Source: an uncultured Alphaproteobacteria bacterium
GTDB lineage: Bacteria > Pseudomonadota > Alphaproteobacteria > Rhizobiales > Rhodomicrobiaceae
DNA: 64,000 nt
Assembly: GCA_963767435.1 (NCBI GenBank)
Contig: CAVYEY010000029.1
Span: forward strand, 3,857 to 67,856
Direction of reading: 5' to 3'
Of the stretch, positions 31,957-42,100 are shown one piece after another. The first letter of the stretch is position 1. Every line of letters begins with the position of its first letter. A program made the position numbers and the translations under genes. The notes below the pieces were generated by a model. It was not told the DNA's origin and made no database searches. It worked only from the letters and a program-made list of their open reading frames with translations.

Positions 31957-32691
31957 TTATAGCGGCAACCCTTGGATCGAAGGCAGGATCTTGATGGCGG
32001 CGAGGGGCGCGGCCAGTTTCTCGCGGCGTGTTTCCCCGGCGGGCGCCTCCCTGGTGGCGGAAGGCTCGCAGGCGCGGATGAACTCCAGCACCAGCTCCCG
32101 CGTATAGCATTCGCTGAACCATCTCATGCGGTTAAAGCTCAAGACGCTGGTTCCGGCCAGAATGACGCCCCAGATGCCGGGCTGTTCTGCCACGACGATG
32201 ATAAGCACCGCCGAGATGAAGAACACGCAGGAAAGGCCCTTGTTGAGACTGTATGAGCGGTTGAATGCGTCGATGCGGGTGGATTTTTCCGCCGCGGCGA
32301 CGATGCCGTACATTTCGGTGCGCGTCGTCCGCCACTCGCCCGGCGTCTGGTTTTCGAAAACCACCCCGAGGCGGTCCAGCAGCGAAAGCTTGAGTGCTGC
32401 GCGCTGCTTGGCGTTGACGATCGCGCACGCCGGGTCGAGCAGACGGTCCGACGCATTGCCGTCGGACAGTGCCTTGTCCAGCCAGCTCACGATATTTCCG
32501 AGCGATTGCACGATATGTCCAAGCACAAATGAAAGAATGAGGAAGATGCCGAGCGCTCCGAGCTGGATTCCTTCCCTGCCCGCAAGCTGAACTTTCGCGT
32601 CCGGAAAGAGGAACAGCAAGACCGTGAGCAGCACCACCCCTGGGGTAATGATGCCGACATATTCGTAGGTATCGAACGCCGTTTGTTTCAC
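31957..32691 (-). CDS. Hypothetical four-helix membrane protein
   Basis: GGGAGG RBS before GTG 32691; FDTYEYVGIITPG and LSFVLGHIVQSLG hydrophobic segments. Confidence 0.65.
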   Translation of the reverse strand: MKQTAFDTYEYVGIITPGVVLLTVLLFLFPDAKVQLAGREGIQLGALGIFLILSFVLGHIVQSLGNIVSWLDKALSDGNASDRLLDPACAIVNAKQRAALKLSLLDRLGVVFENQTPGEWRTTRTEMYGIVAAAEKSTRIDAFNRSYSLNKGLSCVFFISAVLIIVVAEQPGIWGVILAGTSVLSFNRMRWFSECYTRELVLEFIRACEPSATREAPAGETRREKLAAPLAAIKILPSIQGLPL

Positions 32692-33122
32692 CGCGAGCCT
32701 CCCGGACTGCTCCGTTCCTCTTGGCAGCCGCCGGCGTGGCCAAGAATAGCGCTGCTGGCGCGCATAAAGGCACGCCGCGGGGCGGGTTATAAAGGCCAAA
32801 TTATTTATAAATTGTTGAGTTTCCGGCTGTTTTTTAATTTCCGCTTAAGCACATAGCCAAGTGCGCCCTCGAATAGACGGCGCCGGTGCTGCTCAAGTCT
32901 ATGCGCGCGCCTCATATCGCGGAATGCGTGCAATGCGGCAGGCACACCACCGCAACAAGCGGATTTCATTGGGTAAATCCTGTGGAGTGGCCACAAATTA
33001 CTCGTTTTCGGCCCCTCCAAAATCTTGATCGGCACGGGCAATTTGTAAGGGGTGTGCGCCTGGCACGGCAGTAAGGGGCGTCTTTCCGGCGGAGTCCGGG
33101 CGCGTCTGGCTTGGGGGGAAGT

Positions 33123-33467
33123 ATGAAGTGGCGTTTTTGGGGGCTTGCAGCGGCGGTACTGCCGGTGCTCTGCGGCGGCTGTGCTTCTTCCGGCGGCGGG
33201 CAGATTGTCATGGAGAGGGTGGATTTGAACACCCTCAACTGCGCGCAGCTACAGGAGGGGACGACGAACTGGTATCTGGTTCTGTTTGTCGAGGACGAGA
33301 AGATAAAGAACGGCACCGCGTCTCAGCTCAAGGACACCGTCCCTAAGATCGTGAGCACCTATAAGAACTTCGAAAAAATGTTCGTGTCGAAATGCCCAGC
33401 TCAGTCGAAGACGGAGCTGGCGTCGCTGCACAAGCAGTATCCGATCAAGCGGATACAGAATATGTAG
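33123..33467 (+). CDS. Hypothetical lipoprotein
   Basis: Signal peptide ending LCGGC (lipobox-like). Confidence 0.6.
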   Translation: MKWRFWGLAAAVLPVLCGGCASSGGGQIVMERVDLNTLNCAQLQEGTTNWYLVLFVEDEKIKNGTASQLKDTVPKIVSTYKNFEKMFVSKCPAQSKTELASLHKQYPIKRIQNM

Positions 33468-33536
33468 GCGCGGCGAAGCGGCGCAGACTATCTGGCACAG
33501 ACGGGCGCACCGGAGCGCGCCCGCTACCCGTTCAAC

Positions 33537-35714
33537 CTACTCGCTCGCAAACGCCAGCTGGAACTCCACGCGCCGGTTGGCACTGTTTGGCCCTTGGTCG
33601 CTCGCGATGAGCCCCTCCTTGGCCCGGCCGGCCAGGATCAGGCGGCTGGCGGGAACGCCAAGCTTGCCCAACTCCTGGGCGATGGCCCGCGCGCGTTCGA
33701 GCGCCAGCCGGTTGTTGTTCTGAGGGTCGCCCAGCGGATCGGTATAGCCGATCAGCCGCAAGCGCACCGCCGTGCCCGCCAGCAGGTCCGTCAACTCGGC
33801 AAGCTGCCTGCGGGCTACAGCAGGATCGCGCAACTCGGTATCCTCGGCGAAAAAGACGGCATTCCGCGCGGCCCATGCGGTCAGCCCCTGCTCGGCGGAT
33901 GAGCCTTCCGCAGGCGCACCGGAACGCGCTGCCCGCTGCTCCGTCACCCCTGCGCTGAGAGCGGCAACCTCTTTGCTCAGGCTTTGGAGCCTGGCATCCG
34001 TTTCGCCGCCCTTGCGCTCTCCGCCAAGCCCGTCGATACGCGCTACGAGCTGCGCCCGGCCCTTATCCAAATCGTCGATCCGCGCGGCCGCCTGGCTCTG
34101 TGCCCGGTCCAGCCTATCCAGCCGGGCCAGCAGAAAGGTTTGCGGCTGGTCCGCATCGGCGGGCTGAGCGGCCGGCTGGCTTCGCACCTGATCGAGCTTT
34201 TCGAGCCGTGCAATGGTTTGGCTCTGCGCGCGGTCCAGGGTATCGAGCCGCACGGCGATCTGGCTCAATGCCAGATCGGGATTGGCCGGCTGTACCGCGG
34301 CCTGCGCACGCGTCTGATCCGTCTTGGCGAGCCGTGTCGCGGTCTGTCCCCGCGCCTGGTCGAGACTATCGAGCCGCGCGAGCATCTGTCCCTGGCTCCG
34401 GTCAAGATTGTCGAGGCGTGCAAGCGCTTGCACCAAGGCTGGATCTTGTGCAACGGACGGCCCCGCCGCCTGGGCGCGGCCAGCCGACAAATCGTCGAGC
34501 CTGGCCAGCACTTGCGACACCTGCCGCTGAAGTGCATCCACTTTGGCCGTATCGGGCAGGGCGACCAGCCTGCTTTCGAGAGGCACAGCCGGAACCTTGG
34601 CTTCGATGCCCTTTTCAAGCTCTTCCTTGAGCGCAACCGTAGGCACCAATCCGGATACGGTAAGAACGGGGCGCGCGGAATCGTAAACGACGTTTATGGG
34701 ATAGCCCGCAGCCCCCGGATTGCTTTGCACCACCGAGATGGCCGCCTGATAGATGCGATTGGCCTCGATCCGCTCCCATCCAACCCAGCAGGCCCCGCCA
34801 AACAGCGCCGCCAGCAGCAGAAAGGCCAGCGCATAGGCCAAAACCGGCGTCCCGCGCCTCTCCTCTTGCGGCTTCGGCAGCTTCTCCGCAAGGGCCAGAA
34901 GCGCCTGGTGCTGGGCGTGGGTAGCTTCATCCCGGCCGGCCGATTGGAGCGAAGGCTCGTAGGCTTCGAGCGTGTCGCGCATCGCGCCGTCGAGCGATTG
35001 CAGGAGCACGGGCGTCACGGGTCCCACCGCCCGCACCGCGAGCAGGAACCTGCCGGAAGAGCGCCAGTAAAGCTTCGAGGCGCCGGCACCTGTGACGCTT
35101 GCTGGCGCATCGGTGCCCGTGTTGTGGAAGGCCGCGAGCAGGAGCGAAAGCTCCGTGCCGTCTTCGTCCGCTAGCCCCTCTCCATAGGCTTCGGAAACCG
35201 GCAACCGGTCCAACACGGCGCCATTTTCAGTATCGATCAAAACAATGCCATGAACGCGGAACGGTCCCGTTTCCTGGAGCAGAAGCCCCCGGTAGGGGGT
35301 TCCCAAGAAAAGACTCTTAAGCCTGAGCCGCACATACCGGCCCGTAAGCAGGCTTTCGATCCGCCGGTTGGTGCCGTCGGCGAAATTCCTGAACGCGCTG
35401 GCCACATAGACCTTGGTAAGCCGCCCCATGATGGGATGGAGCGCATCCACCATCCCGCTCTGGGGCTGGCGTATTTCCAGGCGGATGCTCTGGGCGATGA
35501 CGGGGGCGAGGGCCGAAGCCAAACCCTGCCGGTCCTGTATGCCGGCTCGCTTCAATGCATCCGCGAGGATCGCCGCGATGGTTTCGATCAAGCGCTCTTG
35601 CGACCCGATACGCAAATCGTGACGGGCGACAACACGGCGCAGCTCTTGCAGTACTACGCTTTCGGGGCCGAAGAGGACGTTCTTCAGCGTGAGAAAATCT
35701 TCACGAGCCGTCAT
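33537..35714 (-). CDS. Membrane-anchored OmpA/MotB-domain protein with a BON-like region and repetitive coiled coil
   Basis: One TM segment, repeated L(A)RLDxLDxAQxQ blocks, C-terminal IGYTDPLG...NNRLALERA...ANRRVEF. Confidence 0.8.
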   Translation of the reverse strand: MTAREDFLTLKNVLFGPESVVLQELRRVVARHDLRIGSQERLIETIAAILADALKRAGIQDRQGLASALAPVIAQSIRLEIRQPQSGMVDALHPIMGRLTKVYVASAFRNFADGTNRRIESLLTGRYVRLRLKSLFLGTPYRGLLLQETGPFRVHGIVLIDTENGAVLDRLPVSEAYGEGLADEDGTELSLLLAAFHNTGTDAPASVTGAGASKLYWRSSGRFLLAVRAVGPVTPVLLQSLDGAMRDTLEAYEPSLQSAGRDEATHAQHQALLALAEKLPKPQEERRGTPVLAYALAFLLLAALFGGACWVGWERIEANRIYQAAISVVQSNPGAAGYPINVVYDSARPVLTVSGLVPTVALKEELEKGIEAKVPAVPLESRLVALPDTAKVDALQRQVSQVLARLDDLSAGRAQAAGPSVAQDPALVQALARLDNLDRSQGQMLARLDSLDQARGQTATRLAKTDQTRAQAAVQPANPDLALSQIAVRLDTLDRAQSQTIARLEKLDQVRSQPAAQPADADQPQTFLLARLDRLDRAQSQAAARIDDLDKGRAQLVARIDGLGGERKGGETDARLQSLSKEVAALSAGVTEQRAARSGAPAEGSSAEQGLTAWAARNAVFFAEDTELRDPAVARRQLAELTDLLAGTAVRLRLIGYTDPLGDPQNNNRLALERARAIAQELGKLGVPASRLILAGRAKEGLIASDQGPNSANRRVEFQLAFASE

Positions 35715-36207
35715 TGCTTGGCGCTCCTTCAACAGCCTTGCCGGCGCTGTCGTCCTCCGCGCTGCTTAGGTGCACGATGACGGCGCTATCGCCTTCCAGG
35801 CTGCCAGAGTGCGCGACGCCAGCGCTATCGTCCTCCAGGCTGCCGGAGTGCGCGACGCCAGCGCCATCGCCTTCCACGCTGCCTGAGTGCGCAACGCCGG
35901 CGCTATCGCCTTCCACGCTGCCAAAGTGCAGGCTCTTCCCGGAAGCGATCTGGGTGATGGCATGGGCGATTTGCAGCAGAGCCTGCTTGTGCGATTCCCC
36001 CGTCTCGGCTGCGGCCGCCTCGATGCGGGCGACGGCCGCGCTGAACTTGCTATCGATTGCGGCGGAAAGCACAGACAGCTGCTGTTCGAACCTTTCCATG
36101 CGGACATCGTGCGCCCGCTGCAGATCCTTGAGCAAAATGTCGCGAATGATTTCGATCTCGGGGACCGCACCCTTGTCTTGACCGCCAGCGCCGGACTCAT
36201 CGACCAT
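35701..36207 (-). CDS. Hypothetical coiled-coil protein, partner of the OmpA gene, with a C-terminal 13-aa repeat
   Basis: EIEIIRDIL N-terminus; overlaps the start of the OmpA gene. Confidence 0.6.
   Translation of the reverse strand: MVDESGAGGQDKGAVPEIEIIRDILLKDLQRAHDVRMERFEQQLSVLSAAIDSKFSAAVARIEAAAAETGESHKQALLQIAHAITQIASGKSLHFGSVEGDSAGVAHSGSVEGDGAGVAHSGSLEDDSAGVAHSGSLEGDSAVIVHLSSAEDDSAGKAVEGAPSNDGS
35742..35931. repeat. 39-bp coding tandem repeat, about 5 degenerate copies
   Basis: Encodes H(S/F/L)(G/S)S(V/L/A)E(G/D)D(S/G)A(G/V)(V/I)(A/V) units. Confidence 0.85.
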
Positions 36208-36612
36208 TTTCGGCTTCCTCGTAACACTTTGATGGATAACCAAATCAAAACCATCGCGAAGATCCGGTCAAGGCTGCAACAGCATATCGGTTAAAATCGT
36301 AGTTGGATTTGTTGCAATCTGGACAAATCACAACCGCCAAGACCGCCTTTGCGGTGATTTTCCGGGCGCGCTTCACCCATTTTAGGTCATACGAAGCACA
36401 GCAGCAGGCTTGATCCTAACCCTGGACCGGCGCGCGTTGCATCAATATTATCGTTTGAAATCAATAGCATAGCGAAGCTGCCGGGAGCGCAACGCTTCTC
36501 CGGGCGCATCCGCCAAAATAATTCAGGATCGCGGCAGCTGCCGCAAACTATCAAAATGCGCAGATTTGCCCGCGAATAGCGTTAACAGGGGGGGAACCCT
36601 GGGTAACCCTTC

Positions 36613-38463
36613 CTACCTGCGCACGCGGCTTACGTCGCGGACGGCGCCACGGGCGGCACTCGTCGCCATCGCGGCGTAGACCTGGAGCGCCTGGCTTACC
36701 GGACGCTCGCGCGCCGCAGGCTTCCATGCCGCCGCGCCCCGAGTTTCCATCGCCTTCTTCCGCGCGGCCAGTTCTTCGCCGCTCAACCGCACGTTCATCG
36801 TGCGGGCGGGGATGTCGATGTCGACGATGTCCCCCGCCTGAATGACGGCAATGGCCCCGCCTTCCGCGGCCTCCGGGGAGACGTGGCCGATGGACAGTCC
36901 GGAAGTGCCGCCCGAGAAGCGGCCGTCCGTGATGAGCGCGCAGGCCTTGCCGAGGTTCATGCTCTTCAAATAGCTGGTCGGATAGAGCATTTCCTGCATG
37001 CCCGGCCCGCCGATGGGGCCTTCGTAGCGGATCACCACCACGTCGCCCGCCTTCACGGCGCCGCCCAGGATTTTCTCGACCGCCTCTTCCTGGCTTTCGC
37101 AGATCACGGCGGGGCCGGAGAATTTGAGGACGCTTTCGTCCACGCCCGCAGTCTTCACGATGCAGCCGTCCAAGGCGATGTTTCCGTAGAGCGCGGCCAG
37201 TCCGCCATCCTTCGAGAAAGCGTTCGCCGCCGAGCGAATCACGCCCTTGGCGCGGTCGAGGTCCACCGTTTCCGAGCGCTTGGACTGGCTGAACGCCTCT
37301 GTTGTGCGCACGCCGCCCGGCGCGGCGAGGAAGAGGTTGCAGGCTTCCCGGCCCATGCCGCGGGCGATGTCCCAGCGGTCGAGCGCCTGCACCATGGTCG
37401 CCGCGTGGACGGTTGGGCATTCGCGATTGAGAAGCCCCGCGCGTTCCAGCTCGCCCAGGATGGCCATGATGCCGCCCGCGCGATGCACGTCTTCGAGGTG
37501 CACATCGGCCTTGCTGGGCGCGACCTTGCAGAGGCAGGGCGTGCGGCGCGACAGGCGGTCGATGTCCGCCATTGTAAAGGGAACGCCGCCTTCCTCAGCC
37601 GCCGCCAGCAGGTGCAGCACGGTGTTGGTTGAGCCGCCCATGGCGATGTCGAGAGTCATGGCATTTTCGAACGCCGCGAAGCTTGCGATGGAGCGGGGGA
37701 GGACGGTCACGTCGTCTTGCTCGTAGTAGCGTTTGGACATGTCCACGATGCGCCGGCCGGCTTCGAGGAACAGCTCCTTGCGGTCCGCGTGCGTGGCGAC
37801 CAGCGTGCCGTTGCCGGGCAAAGCGAGCCCCAGCGCTTCCACAAGGCAGTTCATGGAGTTGGCAGTGAACATGCCCGAGCAGGAGCCGCAGGTCGGGCAG
37901 CTTTCGCGTTCGTATGCGGCCACTTCCTCGTCGCTGACATTCTTGTCGGCGGCCTTGATCATCGCGTCGATCAGGTCCACGGCGTGCGTCTGGCCCTCGA
38001 TCGTGACCTTGCCCGCTTCCATCGGCCCGCCCGAGACGAAGATCGCCGGGATATTGAGCCGCAGCGACGCCATCAGCATGCCGGGGGTGATCTTGTCGCA
38101 GTTCGAGATGCAAACAAGCGCATCGGCACAATGCGCATTGGCCATGTACTCGACGGAGTCGGCGATCAACTCGCGGCTTGGCAGCGAATAGAGCATTCCG
38201 CCATGGCCCATGGCGATGCCGTCGTCGATGGCGATGGTGTTGAATTCCTTGGCGACACCGCCGGCCTTCTCGATCTCGCGCGCGACAAGCTGGCCCAGAT
38301 CCTTTAGATGCACATGCCCCGGCACGAACTGCGTGAACGAATTGACCACCGCGATAATCGGCTTGCCGAAATCCTCGTCCTTCATGCCGGTGGCGCGCCA
38401 AAGTCCACGGGCGCCGGCCATGTTGCGGCCATGGGTGGAAGTGCGGGAGCGATAGGCAGGCAT
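36613..38463 (-). CDS. ilvD: Dihydroxy-acid dehydratase
   Basis: [52 protein letters not shown] and TDGRFSGGT motifs. Confidence 0.98.
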   Translation of the reverse strand: MPAYRSRTSTHGRNMAGARGLWRATGMKDEDFGKPIIAVVNSFTQFVPGHVHLKDLGQLVAREIEKAGGVAKEFNTIAIDDGIAMGHGGMLYSLPSRELIADSVEYMANAHCADALVCISNCDKITPGMLMASLRLNIPAIFVSGGPMEAGKVTIEGQTHAVDLIDAMIKAADKNVSDEEVAAYERESCPTCGSCSGMFTANSMNCLVEALGLALPGNGTLVATHADRKELFLEAGRRIVDMSKRYYEQDDVTVLPRSIASFAAFENAMTLDIAMGGSTNTVLHLLAAAEEGGVPFTMADIDRLSRRTPCLCKVAPSKADVHLEDVHRAGGIMAILGELERAGLLNRECPTVHAATMVQALDRWDIARGMGREACNLFLAAPGGVRTTEAFSQSKRSETVDLDRAKGVIRSAANAFSKDGGLAALYGNIALDGCIVKTAGVDESVLKFSGPAVICESQEEAVEKILGGAVKAGDVVVIRYEGPIGGPGMQEMLYPTSYLKSMNLGKACALITDGRFSGGTSGLSIGHVSPEAAEGGAIAVIQAGDIVDIDIPARTMNVRLSGEELAARKKAMETRGAAAWKPAARERPVSQALQVYAAMATSAARGAVRDVSRVRR

Positions 38464-39188
38464 GGCCAGAGTCCTTGAATGAGATTGCCAGCCGGAAAGC
38501 AATGCGGCTTGAGCTTAGCTGCGAAAACGGCTTTTGACGGTGTGGGCTAGATAGGCCCAAGCGGGGGCGGCGTCAATTCAGCCGGTGGTGCTTTCCCCGG
38601 TCTGGAAGGGTGTTCCACCCGTCTTGCGTTCGATTTGACAACCGGCGCCCGCTTAAGTCGCAAAGACGTTTCGTATTTTTTCAAATTGGCGCAACATTCG
38701 GAAAGCTGTCTAAATTTTGCGAATGCACAATGCGAGTGAGCACTTGCAGCAAAGTCCACTTCAGCTTACCATCCGGACCCGGGTGAAAGATTTCACCGGT
38801 TGCCAGGTGAACGGGTATGACTGCCCGCAAATTCACGGAAGCAACAAAGTATATTCCGCCAGGTGGACGTGGACAAATCGCCGCAGCGTAACGGGGATAC
38901 CGCCGCTGGGAGCGCTCATTCTGAGCCGGCAGCTAAGCATTGCCGCGCAGACGGGGCGACGATTTGACAATAGTCTTATCGATCCTCTGGCATTACAAGG
39001 TTGTTCGCAAGCCGGGCGCAAGGGACGCGGAACAAGGGTCTTTTCCGATCTGGCAAGAAGAACAAGACAAGGGTAGGAGCGCTGGTTTCCGCAAGTTTTG
39101 GCGGATGCGGGCATTTGCTACCCGCTTGGAACCAGGGCAGCCTAAGGCTTGCCCGGCAATTCAATCATACGCCGAACGGACGTAGTAG

Positions 39189-42100
39189 ATGAGCGCGAAA
39201 TATCCTGGAATTCCCTCAGTCATTAATGGCAACGGCGCCGTCGCTCATGTGATGAGCCACGTGTGCGGAGGCGTCATCGGCTACCCGATCACACCCTCCA
39301 CGGAGATCTCCGAGATCTACGAGGCCTTCAGGGCGGCCGGCGGCTGCAATGCCTGGGGCAAGCACCCATTCTTCTTCGAACCGGAAGGCGAGCACTCCGC
39401 GCAATCGGGCGCGCTTGGCGCGGCGTTGACCGGCGGCAAGTTCATTTCCAACGCCTCGTCGAGCCAGGGCATCCTCTACGGCCTTGAATCGCACTACGTG
39501 ACGGTTGGCAAGCGCGTTGGCGGCTTCGTGCTGCAGATTGCAGCCCGCGTCGTATCCAAGCACTCGCTGAACGTGATGGCGGGCCACGACGACGTGTACG
39601 CCCTGCTCCAGTCAGGCTATACGATCCTGTTCGGCTCGAACCCGCAGGAAGCGGCCGACCTCGCCGCGATCTCCTACCGGGCGAGCGCGCTTTCGCTGAT
39701 CCCCGTCGCCAATGCGATGGACGGCTTCGCCACCAGCCACATGATGAGCGAAGCAGCGATGCCGGAGCCTGAACTGCTGCGGGAATATCTTGGCGATCCG
39801 GCCGGGCGCATCAAGGCGCCGACGGTAGCGCAGGAAATCCTGTTCGGCGCCAAGGGCCGCGTCTTCCAGCTTGAGCAGTACCTGGCGAAAAACCATAGGG
39901 AGATCACGGACGCCAAGGTTGCCGCCGTTAAGGCGCATCTCGAAGCCAATGCCGATGCGGTCGAGCAGGACAATGCCGGCGCGCTCGTCGCGGCTACGCT
40001 CGCATGGATTCCCGAAAAGCTGCAGGGCCAATGGCGCCGGCAGTGGCTCAATGCCTACGAGAAAGGCACGCGCCAACTCGTTCCCGCACTCGTCGATATC
40101 AACAACCCGGGCCTTACGGGCGGCGTGCAGAACCAGCCCGACTTCCAGGCCGGCTCGGCCGATCACCGCACCCACTTCGTGGCCGATGTGCCGCGCCTTG
40201 TGCGTCAGGCGATGGCCGAGTACAGCGCACTTTCGGGCCGCGAGTACAAGCCGGTCCACACCTATATGTGCGACGACGCCGAACACGTCATGGTGGGACT
40301 TGGCTCCGTGACCGAGGACGCCGAGGCAGCCGCAGCCTATCTGCGCAAGCAGGGCAAGAAAGTCGGCGTGGTTTCGATCAAGCTTCTGCAACCGTTCCCG
40401 GAGGCGGAACTGGTTGCGGCGCTGGCGGGCAAGAAGTCCGTGACCGTGCTTGAGCGTTCCGACGTTACAGCACTTGCTTCGTTCGTTACCCAGGCGCTTT
40501 ACAAGGGCGTCGAGAACGCGTCCGGCGAGCGCCATCCCGGCATTCCGGCGATCACGAGCCTGCCCAAGATGACCACGGCCATTTTCGGCCTGGGCGCGCA
40601 CGACCTGCAGCCGCGGCACCTGATCGCCGCGTTCAAGAACATGGAGCAGGGCAACGCGCCCTTCGTGTATCTGGGTTCGCAGTTCTTCGCCAAGGACCCA
40701 GGCCCGAAGCTTGCGGCTCTGCAGGACCGGCTGAAGGCGGCGTATCCCGAAACCAAGCTGATGGCGCTTGAGACGGAGGCCAATCCGAACCTGCTGCCGG
40801 CATCCGCGTTCCGCATCCGCTTCCATTCGGTGGGCGGCTACGGCACGGTTGCGACCGGTAAGCTCTTGACGGACATCCTCTCCGGTGTGCTGAACCTCAA
40901 TTCGAAGGCCTCGCCGAAATACGGCTCTGAGAAGAGCGGCGCGCCGACCAACTATTACATCACTCTGAGCCCCGAGCCCATAAAGCTCACCAATGCCGAG
41001 CTGGAAGACGTAGAAATCGTCATCTCGCCGGACCACAAGGTATTCAGCCACGCCAATCCGCTGAAGGGCTTGGCCGAGGGCGGCACCTTCATGCTGCAAT
41101 CGAGCCTGCCGCCGCTTGAAGCGTGGCGCAGCCTGCCGGCCAACGCCCGCAAGACGATCCGCGACAAGCACGTGAACTTCTTTGTCATCGACGCCTTTGC
41201 CGTGGCCAAGAAGCATGCGCCGACGGAAGACCTCCAGGTTCGCATGATGGGCATCGCCTTTATCGGCGCGGTGTCCGGCCATGTGGAACGCGTGTCGGCT
41301 GGCACAGACAAAGACGCCATGCTCGAAAAAATCCGCCAGCAGATCGCCAAGAAGTTTGGCGCGAAGGGCGGCGAGATCGTTCAGGGCAACATGGCGGTGA
41401 TCCGCGATGGCCTGGAGGCCGTGCAGAAGGTCAACTACAGCGATCCGGCTTTTGTGGCTGCTGAAGCCGAGGCAGACGCCAAGGCGGCCAAGCGCAGCAT
41501 CGCTCTCTCCGCTGCCGTGGCAGGCGTCGGCAATATGGCGGCCAGCTCGCGCATCTTCGACCAGGAATATTACGACGAAACCGTTGCCTCGCATTTCCGC
41601 GACGGCACCATCGGCGAGGCGCCCATTCTGCCTGGTGCGGGCTACTTCATGCCGGGCGGCAGCGCGGCCTGGAAGGACAAGGGCCTGTTCCGGCGCACCG
41701 TGCCGGAGTTTCTGCCCGATCTCTGCGGCGGCTGTCTCGACTGCGCCGTAGTTTGCCCAGATGCGGCAATTCCGAACACGATCCACACCATCCCCGATCT
41801 CTTGGAGACCGGGCTGAAGATGCTCGATTTACCGGTGGCGCGCATCGACGCAGTGCGCGCGGCCATCCCGGCAATCGATGCGGCGGTCCGCGACGCCTAC
41901 AAGAAGGTCAAGAAGGGCGCCAAGACGTTCCACCTGCAAGTGGCCGAAGTTGCGCCCGGCGTGGCTGGAGGCAATGCCGAACTGGCGGCCGATCTGGCGA
42001 AACTGGCGGATGCGGTATCCGTGTTCCCGGTCTCGAAGACCAAGCCGTTCTTCGACAACGCAGAGAAGGCGAAGGCCGGCAGCGGTGCCATGTACGCGGT

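Noticed and set aside
35742-35931. 39-bp periodic repeat as a CRISPR array
   Set aside because: No unique spacers, the repeat is in-frame coding sequence, and there are no cas genes.
38500-39188. FNR/FixK box or riboswitch upstream of PFOR
   Set aside because: I found no TTGAT-N4-ATCAA match and no recognisable aptamer by eye.
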